NCBI GenBank assembly: GCA_964614585.1
Contig: CAZTLW010000001.1
Coordinates: 4 to 64,003 of the forward strand
DNA from: an uncultured Acidimicrobiia bacterium
Lineage (GTDB): Bacteria > Actinomycetota > Acidimicrobiia > Spongiisociales > JAENVV01
DNA: 64,000 nt
Direction: 5' to 3'
The notes below the pieces were generated by a model, which did not search any database, was not told the origin of the DNA, and saw nothing but the letters and a program-made list of their open reading frames with translations. A program made the position numbers and the translations under genes. Shown one piece after another: positions 57,237-64,000 of this stretch. How positions within the stretch are numbered: position 1 is the stretch's first letter; each line of letters begins with the position of its first letter.

Positions 57237-58066
57237 TCCACCACGAACGCGAGATCGGTGTGCCCCTCCTCGAATCCCAGCTTCTCGTAGAGCGCCAGGC
57301 CCGCCGGATTGGCCCCGTCGACGTAGAGCTGGGCCTCCCCACACCCCCGGTCCTCGTGGAGGTGCCGAAGGCCCTCGGCGACCAACGCCGTACCCCAGCC
57401 CCGGCCGGCGGCCTCGGGCACGAGGCCGATGACGTAGATCTCACCCAGCCCGCCCGGATGCACCTTGGTCCAGCAGAAGCCGACGACGTCGTCGTCGACC
57501 AACCCGAGTCGCAGCCCCGCCGGGTCCCACCACGGGAGCTCGGTCCGCTCCCAGAAGTCCTCGGCCGTCAGGTCGCCTTGCTCGGGGTGGCCGGCGAACG
57601 CCCGGTTGTTGACGGCGACCCAGGCATCCACGTCGGCTGGTTCGAACCCACGGAACGTGAGGTCGCCCTCGGGTGGCCATGTCTCGGCGGGCAGCGGGCG
57701 GCGTAGGCAATGCAACACCCGGTCGAGCGTGAACCCCGCCGCCTCGAAGACGTCCCGATGGCGACCGCGCAGGCTCCAGGCGCGGACGAGACAGTCCTCG
57801 TGCGCCGCCAGCACGTCGTCGACGAGCGCCGCGGCCACGGCCGGGTCCTCGGTGGCGACCTCGAAGGTGCAGGGCCCCTCGCTGCCGACCACGGGGGCGA
57901 CACCCACGAGACCGTCGTCGTCCTCGGCCAGGACGCCGGTGGGCCGGTGGTCCAACTCGATCCACTTCCGCTCCCCGACGGCTTCTCCGCCGAGACGGTC
58001 GCCCAACTCGGCCAGGAACGACTCCACGGCCGGGACGTCTGCTGGTTCGATCGGCCGCCGTCGCAT
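57125..58066 (-). CDS. mshD: tandem-GNAT acetyltransferase (mycothiol synthase MshD-like)
   Basis: 313 aa, two GNAT-like halves (...GFCWTKVHPGGLGEIYVIGLVPEAAGRGWGTALV...LYEKLGF). The C-terminal 30 aa is low-complexity (Ser/Arg-rich), so the true stop is uncertain. Confidence 0.65.
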   Translation of the reverse strand: MRRRPIEPADVPAVESFLAELGDRLGGEAVGERKWIELDHRPTGVLAEDDDGLVGVAPVVGSEGPCTFEVATEDPAVAAALVDDVLAAHEDCLVRAWSLRGRHRDVFEAAGFTLDRVLHCLRRPLPAETWPPEGDLTFRGFEPADVDAWVAVNNRAFAGHPEQGDLTAEDFWERTELPWWDPAGLRLGLVDDDVVGFCWTKVHPGGLGEIYVIGLVPEAAGRGWGTALVAEGLRHLHEDRGCGEAQLYVDGANPAGLALYEKLGFEEGHTDLAFVVDQPNRRLQPGQRSSSSDVAHRHHGQGRSSVGSSCRSS

Positions 58067-58138
58067 CGCCGCGGCACCCTAGGCCCTCCGGGCCGATAGC
58101 CCATTCGTCCGGACAAACGATCAGTACGCTCTCCCCCG

Positions 58139-59116
58139 ATGGGACGACGCATCGGCATCGTGCTCGGAGGCGGTGGTGTCACCGGAGCCGCCTACGAGAT
58201 CGCCGCGCTCATGGCGATTCGGCTCGCCACCGGCTGGGAGCCGGACGAGGCCGAGGTGGTCATCGGCACCTCCGCGGGCTCGACCGTCGCCGCCCTCATC
58301 CGGGGCGGGCGGCTCGACGTCGGCGCCATGGTCCGGGAGATGGAGGACGAGGACGCCGTGGCCCAGCGGATCACGGAGACGCTCTATCCCAGCAGTCGCA
58401 CCCGCAGCGTCGCCCGGTGGGCCCGACGGGGTCTGCTGCCGGGCCTCCGCTCCCCCGGCGTCTCGTTCGTGCTCGGCGCACCCGGCCGATTCGACCCCAT
58501 CGGCATCGGCGACTGGATCGAGGGACTCATCGGCCCCGACGCGGCCGGGACCTGGCCGGACCGCCCGACCGTCGCGGTCGCCTTCGACCTCGAGGAGCGA
58601 CGGCGCGTGGCGTTCGGGACCGAGCAGGCTCCCGACGTGTCGCTCCGCGACGCCGTGTCGGCGTCCTCGGCGGTGCCGATCATCTTCGACCCCCATCGGA
58701 TCGACGGCCGTTCCTACGTGGACGGGGGCGTGGCCTCGGGCACCCACGCCGACCTCGTGCTGGCCGCCGACCAACCCCTCGACCTGGTGATCATCATCGC
58801 CCCGATGGCGGCCGACGAGGGCCGCCAACGCGCCTACCCCTTCGAGTCCCTGCTGGACCGCGTGGGGCGCAAGGCCCTCGAGACCGAGTTGGCCCAGATC
58901 GGCTCGGCCTGGCCCGACACCGACGTCGTCGTACTGCGACCCCGACCGGCGGTGCTGGCCGCGATGCGCCCCAATCCGATGGATCCCACCCGGGCGGTGC
59001 CCACCTTCGTGGCCACGCTCAACTCGATGAAGCAGCGCCTCGCCTCGCCCGAGGTGTGGGCGATCCTCCGCGAGCACCTCGGGGACGGCGAGGACGCGCT
59101 CCGGGCCCGCAACTAG
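58139..59116 (+). CDS. patatin-like phospholipase family protein
   Basis: 325 aa, GGGGVTGAAYEIAAL (oxyanion GGGxxG), GTSAGS (GxSxG serine), DGG (Asp dyad). Confidence 0.85.
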   Translation: MGRRIGIVLGGGGVTGAAYEIAALMAIRLATGWEPDEAEVVIGTSAGSTVAALIRGGRLDVGAMVREMEDEDAVAQRITETLYPSSRTRSVARWARRGLLPGLRSPGVSFVLGAPGRFDPIGIGDWIEGLIGPDAAGTWPDRPTVAVAFDLEERRRVAFGTEQAPDVSLRDAVSASSAVPIIFDPHRIDGRSYVDGGVASGTHADLVLAADQPLDLVIIIAPMAADEGRQRAYPFESLLDRVGRKALETELAQIGSAWPDTDVVVLRPRPAVLAAMRPNPMDPTRAVPTFVATLNSMKQRLASPEVWAILREHLGDGEDALRARN

Positions 59117-60309
59117 TCGGCGACCTCGACCGGTTCCTCGTCGCCGGGGTCCCACACGGTCTCGGGTGGCTCGATGTCTTCCCGGAACGGTGGCTCGTCG
59201 AGCAACTTGGCGTGGGCGTAGCGGAACCCCTCCCGGGCCACGAGGACGACCGGCACGGCCACCAGCGCCCCGAGGATGCCGGCGACCTGCAGGCCGATGA
59301 TGACGCCGAGGAACACGGTGAGCGGGCTCGTCTGGACCGCGCCACCCATGATCCGCGGCGTCGCCAGCTGCGACTCGACCTGCTGGACCACGAAGTACCA
59401 GGCGACCACGAGGATCGCGAACAGCCAGTTGGGCATCTCCCAGCGCTCCGACCCCTGCACCAACGCCACGATGGTGCCCGGCACCCCCGCCAGGATCGGG
59501 CCGAGGGTCGGGATGATGTTGAGGACGCCGGCGATGGCCCCGAGCGAGAACGCCCCGGGCACCCCCAACAGCCAGAGCCCGAGCCACGTGAAGAGACCGA
59601 TGAAGAGCCCGACCCGCACCATCCCCGACGCGTACATGTCGAGCACGAGCCACATCCGGTCGAGGAGCCGATCGACGTCGGCCCGGTGGTCGGGCGGAGC
59701 CAGGTCGGGGATCCCGGCCCGGACCTGGGGCAGGAAGATCGAGAAGTAGAGGGCCAGGACGAGGATCGTGAAGAACTCGACCACGAACCCCACGAGCAGG
59801 GAGGCGATGCCGACCAGCACCCCGGCGCCGCTCGAGAGGATCTCCAACAGCCGTTGGATGTCCACCTCGACGGCCGTCCCCGGCTCGGCCTCCTGCAGGA
59901 ACTCGATGACCGGGTCGATGACCGCGGAGAGGTCGTAGGTCGTCCCGAACACCTCGATGAAGCGCAGGTCCTCGAGGTTGGCCAGCAACCACTCGGCCGT
60001 CGTCTCCACGATCTCGACCCAGTCGATCTCCCCGAGTGATCGGATCAGGGCGGGGATCCCGAACACCAGCAACAACACCGCTCCCACGGTGACGGTCACG
60101 TACGAGATGCCGACCGCCAGTCCGTGGCCGACCCCCAGCCGGTCGAGGCCCCGGATGGGATACGAGGCCACGAAGGCCAACAGCGCCGCGATGAGGAGCC
60201 GGGTGAAGGACTGGGAGATGAAGGCGAGGAAGAGCGAGATGACGATCGCCAGGGCGATGAGGACGATCGTCTTGGTGCGGGACGACCAGGGCGGCGACGG
60301 GTCGGGCAC
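59113..60309 (-). CDS. AI-2E family transporter (PerM/YhhT, UPF0118)
   Basis: 398 aa, 7-8 TM helices, AI-2E-type organisation. Convergent 4-nt overlap with the patatin gene. Confidence 0.8.
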   Translation of the reverse strand: MPDPSPPWSSRTKTIVLIALAIVISLFLAFISQSFTRLLIAALLAFVASYPIRGLDRLGVGHGLAVGISYVTVTVGAVLLLVFGIPALIRSLGEIDWVEIVETTAEWLLANLEDLRFIEVFGTTYDLSAVIDPVIEFLQEAEPGTAVEVDIQRLLEILSSGAGVLVGIASLLVGFVVEFFTILVLALYFSIFLPQVRAGIPDLAPPDHRADVDRLLDRMWLVLDMYASGMVRVGLFIGLFTWLGLWLLGVPGAFSLGAIAGVLNIIPTLGPILAGVPGTIVALVQGSERWEMPNWLFAILVVAWYFVVQQVESQLATPRIMGGAVQTSPLTVFLGVIIGLQVAGILGALVAVPVVLVAREGFRYAHAKLLDEPPFREDIEPPETVWDPGDEEPVEVAD

Positions 60310-60348
60310 GGTGGCCAGCCTACGGGGCCGGCAGGCGACCGGCGTCGA

Positions 60349-60759
60349 TCACGACTGCGTCCACGGCAGGCCGGAGACCTTCCACCCGGCGACGGTGCCC
60401 CGATGGCGGGTCGCGTCGGGCGGGCCCTCGAAGCCATGGGCGACGTTGTAGGCCGCATCGAAGCCGGCGGCGGTGGCTGCCTGGGCGGCAGCCGCGGAGC
60501 GGGCACCCGACCGGCAGATGAAGTAGACGGCGTCGTCCTCGCCGACACCGGCCCGGCGAAGGTCATCCACGAACCCACGGTTGACCGAGCCGTCGGGCCG
60601 CTGCCACTCGAGCAGGAGCGGCCGCTTGCCGAGGGTCGAGAGGTCCGGCGTCCCCACGAAGACCCACTCCGCCTGGGTGCGCACGTCGACCAACACGGCG
60701 TCGGGGTCGGCGCCGAGGGCGGCGTAGGCATCCTCGGGGGTCACGTCTCCGGCATGCAT
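60349..60759 (-). CDS. single-domain rhodanese-like sulfurtransferase
   Basis: MHAGDVTPEDAYAAL...VLVDVRTQAEW...YFICRSGARS (active-site Cys loop). 136 aa at the C-terminal end of the 695-aa ORF 60349..62436; the rest was rejected. Confidence 0.75.
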   Translation of the reverse strand: MHAGDVTPEDAYAALGADPDAVLVDVRTQAEWVFVGTPDLSTLGKRPLLLEWQRPDGSVNRGFVDDLRRAGVGEDDAVYFICRSGARSAAAAQAATAAGFDAAYNVAHGFEGPPDATRHRGTVAGWKVSGLPWTQS

Positions 60760-60831
60760 GTCGGCTCCCTCGGGTCGGGGGGCGGCAGGGTACCCGCGTC
60801 GGTGCCGCCACCCGGCCGGTACGGTCGCCCC

Positions 60832-61404
60832 ATGCCCGCTCCCATGGCCACCCGCCTGCTCGCATCGCCGGGCGTGGTCGAGAAGGTCCACCTCGGCGGC
60901 GACGTCGGCGTGCTGGCCCTCCACGGGCGGTTGGAGAAGCGGACGGAGTGGCTCGCCGAGGTGGTGGCGACGTCCACCGGCGCCTCGCTCTACACGGTGA
61001 CCCTGCCCCCCGACCTGTGGTGGCACGTACCCTCGACGCGCTTCGGTGAGACACCGAGCCCGCGCCTGGCCGCCTTCCTCGGGCGCGTGCGCCGGGTCGT
61101 CTCGATCCACGGATACGGCCGGCCGGGGCTCGAGCACTCGGTGTTGTTGGGCGGTCGCAACCGCCGGCTCGCCGCTGCCGTTGCGGCGCATGTCCGCGCC
61201 ACGGGTCTGCTGGCGGCGGTGGACGACCTGGAGGCGATCCCCCGGGGGCTGCGGGGCATGGCCGCCGCCAACCCGGTGAACCTGCCACCGGAGGCCGGGG
61301 TCCAGGTGGAGGTACCGGGCGGGGCCCGTTCCGGCCGGCGTTTCGACGCGCTCGCCGAGGCGTTGGCAGCCGCCGTCGGCCGAGGTCAGTCGCCGGGGAA
61401 CTGA
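60832..61404 (+). CDS. poly-gamma-glutamate hydrolase family protein (phage-related, UPF0714-like)
   Basis: MPAPMATRLLASPGVVEKVHLGGDVGVLALHGG...VVSIHGYGRPG... resembles the PghP/YjqB family. C-terminal portion of ORF 60124..61404. Confidence 0.55.
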   Translation: MPAPMATRLLASPGVVEKVHLGGDVGVLALHGRLEKRTEWLAEVVATSTGASLYTVTLPPDLWWHVPSTRFGETPSPRLAAFLGRVRRVVSIHGYGRPGLEHSVLLGGRNRRLAAAVAAHVRATGLLAAVDDLEAIPRGLRGMAAANPVNLPPEAGVQVEVPGGARSGRRFDALAEALAAAVGRGQSPGN

Positions 61405-62213
61405 TCGGGGTCGGGGCCGGTCCGCTCCCCGGCCTCCAGGCCGTCGATCACCGCGATCTCCTCGTCGGTCAGGTCGAAGCCGAACACGTCGAAGTTCGAC
61501 CCGATCCGGTCGGCGTGCACCGACTTGGGAATCACCGACAGACCCGACTGGAGGCCCCACCGCAGCACGACCTGGGCCGGTTCGGCGCCGTGGTGGGCGG
61601 CGATCCCGGCGATGGTCGGGTCGTCGAGGACCAGGCCGGTCTGGATCGGGCTCCAGGCCTGGACGACGGCACCGAGGGCCTCGGTGGCCCGCCACGCGTC
61701 CCGTTGTTGGAGGCGGGGATGCAACTCGATCTGGTTGAGCGACGGGGCGACCTCGGCGGTCTGCATGAGTTCGTCGAGGTGGTGGGGCAGGAAGTTGGAC
61801 ACGCCGATGGCTCGGGTCAACCCCTCCTCGCGCAGGCCCTCGAGGGCTCGCCAGGTGTCCGCCATGCGGGAGCGGCGGGGCCAGTGGATGAGGTAGAGGT
61901 CCAGGTGGTCGAGGCCCAGTCGTCCGAGGCTGGCCTCGGCGGCCCGGAGGGTCTCGTCGTAACCCTGTTGGTCGTTCCAGACCTTGGTGGTGACGAAGAC
62001 CTCGTCGCGATCGAGGCCCGATTGCCGGATCCCCTCGCCCACGCCGGCCTCGTTGCGGTAGACCGCGGCCGTGTCCACGAGCCGGTAGCCGGTGTCGAGC
62101 GCCACCCGTACGGCGTCGGTGACCTCGGGCCCGTCCTTGGACTTGTAGGTCCCGAGCCCGAGGCGGGGCATCGGGACCGTGCCGTGCAGCGCGAAGGTGG
62201 GTTGGTCGTCCAT
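61386..62213 (-). CDS. aldo/keto reductase (2,5-diketo-D-gluconate reductase-like)
   Basis: MDDQPTFALHGTVPMPRLGLGTYK...DTAAVYRNE...LYLIHWP...IGVSNF... Internal ATG at 62213. Confidence 0.85.
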   Translation of the reverse strand: MDDQPTFALHGTVPMPRLGLGTYKSKDGPEVTDAVRVALDTGYRLVDTAAVYRNEAGVGEGIRQSGLDRDEVFVTTKVWNDQQGYDETLRAAEASLGRLGLDHLDLYLIHWPRRSRMADTWRALEGLREEGLTRAIGVSNFLPHHLDELMQTAEVAPSLNQIELHPRLQQRDAWRATEALGAVVQAWSPIQTGLVLDDPTIAGIAAHHGAEPAQVVLRWGLQSGLSVIPKSVHADRIGSNFDVFGFDLTDEEIAVIDGLEAGERTGPDPDQFPGD

Positions 62214-62281
62214 GGATTCGACGGTACCCCGGCGATTGTCGGGGGTATGACACGCCCGGCCATACACTGCCGGAGCAGACG

Positions 62282-64000
62282 ATGTCTCGCCGCCTCACCA
62301 TCTTCCTCGTAGCCGTCCCCACCGCAGTCGTGCTCGCGGTGGTCGGCTGGTTCGTGGCCGACGAGGTCGTGAACGACCACGAGGTGCCGCGCAACGTCGT
62401 CGCCGGTGAGGTCGACCTGACCCGGCTCTCACCCACCGAGGCCGTCGAGGCGATGGCGGCCTACGAGCGGGAACTGGCCTCGACGCCGCTCGCCGTGGAG
62501 GTCGAGGGCACCGAGGTCACCGTCGATCCGGCCGCCATCGGGTTGTCGCTCGACGAGGAGGCCATCGTCGCCGAGGCCCTCGCCACCCGACCCGACGGCT
62601 TCTGGTCCGTGCTCGGCGACTGGTTCGCCTCGTGGTTCACCGAGGTGACGATCGACGTTCCCATAGAGGTCGACGACGAGGCGCTCGACGAGTTGGTCGA
62701 CGGCTGGACCCGCGACCTCGTGGCGGAGCCGGCCTTCGAGGGCGCCGTCCAGGTGGTCGACTTCGAGGCCGTACCCGAGTACCCGCAAGCGGGTCGACAG
62801 GTGGACCGGGAGGCGCTCGAACCGGTGTTGGTGGAGGCGCTCGGCGCGACCGTTCGGGGCGAGCCCATCGTGGCGCCGATCACGGTCCTGGAACCCGAGA
62901 TCACCGACGCAGCGGTCGACGAGGCCGTGGCGGTCGCCGCCGATCTGATCGACGACACCGTGATCCTCGTCCCCGAGGAAGGCATCGCACGCCTCGTCTA
63001 CGGGCCCGCGGTGCTGGCCGACCTGCTCAGGAGCGAGGTCGTCCGCCGGTCACCGGCACGTCTCGAGGTCAGCCTCGACGCCGATCGGCTGCAGGAGCTG
63101 GTCGCCGACCAGGCCGAGCTCTTCACCATCGATCCGGTCGACGCCACCTTCGAGTTCGACCAGGAGACGAAGGAGATCACGATCGTCCCCTCGGAGATCG
63201 GGAAGGTCCTCGACCTCGAGGCGCTGCCCGAGGTGGTCACCGCGGCTGCACTCGGCTCCGGTACCGGCGCCGTGCCCCTCACCGACGGGGCCGAGCCGTC
63301 GTTCACCACCGAGGACGCCGAGGCCATGGGCCCGCTCGGCGAGGTCTCCTCGTTCACGACCACCCACTCGTGCTGCGAGTCGCGGGTCACCAACATCCAA
63401 CTCATGGCCGACTACATCGACGGGTCGATCGTCATGCCCGGCGAGGTCTTCTCGATCAACGAGACCGTCGGCCAGCGAACCCGGGAGAAGGGCTTCGTGG
63501 CGGCCGGGGCCATCATCGGCGGTCGCGTCGAGTGCTGCGACAGCCCGATCAACATCGGCGGCGGGACCAGCCAATTCGCCACGACGATGTACAACGCCAT
63601 GTACTTCGGGTGCTACGAGGACGTCTTCCACCAGCCCCACAGCATCTACTTCTCCCGGTACCCCTTCATCCGGGAGGCGACGATCGGGTTCCCCGCTCCC
63701 GACCTGCAGTGGCGCAACGACACGGACGCCGTGGCCATCGTCGACACGTCCTACACGCCGACCTCCATCACCGTGACCATCTTTGGCAACAACGGCGGCC
63801 GGATCTGTGAGTCGGAGACGAGCGGGAACACCAATACCCGGATCATGACGTTCCCCGACGGCACCGTCGAACGCCAGTCCTGGAGTTGGACCTACCGCCC
63901 CGAACTCCCCCCCGAGACGACCACCACGACCGCCCCGGCCACGACGACCACCGAGGCGCCCACCACGACGACGGCGACCACCATCCCGCCGACGACGACC
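62282..64000 (+). CDS. VanW-like domain protein with N-terminal TM anchor and Thr/Pro-rich C-terminal linker; 3'-truncated by window end
   Basis: Read directly from sequence (not in ORF track because no stop is reached). MSRRLTIFLVAVPTAVVLAVVGWFVA... then GGGTSQFATTMYNAMYFGCYEDV (VanW core) ...PETTTTTAPATTTTEAPTTTTATTIPPTTT. Confidence 0.75.
   Translation, partial: MSRRLTIFLVAVPTAVVLAVVGWFVADEVVNDHEVPRNVVAGEVDLTRLSPTEAVEAMAAYERELASTPLAVEVEGTEVTVDPAAIGLSLDEEAIVAEALATRPDGFWSVLGDWFASWFTEVTIDVPIEVDDEALDELVDGWTRDLVAEPAFEGAVQVVDFEAVPEYPQAGRQVDREALEPVLVEALGATVRGEPIVAPITVLEPEITDAAVDEAVAVAADLIDDTVILVPEEGIARLVYGPAVLADLLRSEVVRRSPARLEVSLDADRLQELVADQAELFTIDPVDATFEFDQETKEITIVPSEIGKVLDLEALPEVVTAAALGSGTGAVPLTDGAEPSFTTEDAEAMGPLGEVSSFTTTHSCCESRVTNIQLMADYIDGSIVMPGEVFSINETVGQRTREKGFVAAGAIIGGRVECCDSPINIGGGTSQFATTMYNAMYFGCYEDVFHQPHSIYFSRYPFIREATIGFPAPDLQWRNDTDAVAIVDTSYTPTSITVTIFGNNGGRICESETSGNTNTRIMTFPDGTVERQSWSWTYRPELPPETTTTTAPATTTTEAPTTTTATTIPPTTT

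Noticed and set aside
60124-61404. Full 426-aa plus-strand ORF and 60349..62436 695-aa minus-strand ORF as single genes
   Set aside because: Only the 3' 190 aa (plus strand) and 3' 136 aa (minus strand) have protein-like composition and motifs. The remainders are low-complexity and mutually overlapping.

Overview
High-GC (~70%+) actinobacterial chromosomal segment, almost entirely transcribed on the minus strand. The backbone is conserved housekeeping synteny: carB-carA-pyrC-pyrB-pyrR | nusB-efp | aroB-aroK-aroC ... aroE-mltG-ruvX-alaS-rarA-aspS-hisS ... rel-secF-secD-yajC-tgt-queA-ruvBAC-yebC-pdxT-pdxS-pimA-patA-pgsA, then gltA and thrS. Between aroC and aroE lies an approximately 11-kb type IVa pilus locus (DUF4388 protein, pilB, pilT, pilC, two pilin genes, pilD, pilMNOP), plus a divergent MFS transporter and an alpha/beta hydrolase. 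A second locus at 33.4-37.4 kb encodes three minor-pilin-like proteins (PilV/PilW/PilX-like), two of them unusually large. PilT and PilB both carry N-terminal MshEN-like domains with c-di-GMP-binding-type motifs. Several small intergenic repeat families recur: two palindromic element families with 2-3 copies each, a 12-bp tandem repeat, and GTAC-rich palindromes downstream of genes. The 3' end (58-64 kb) looks accessory: patatin-like lipase, AI-2E transporter, rhodanese, gamma-PGA-hydrolase-like protein, aldo/keto reductase and a truncated VanW-like gene. Many long ORFs in the six-frame track are antisense or frame-shifted artefacts of the high GC content and were not called. All coordinates carry roughly +/-1-3 nt uncertainty where hand-indexed. 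No rRNA, tRNA, CRISPR or transposase was found.
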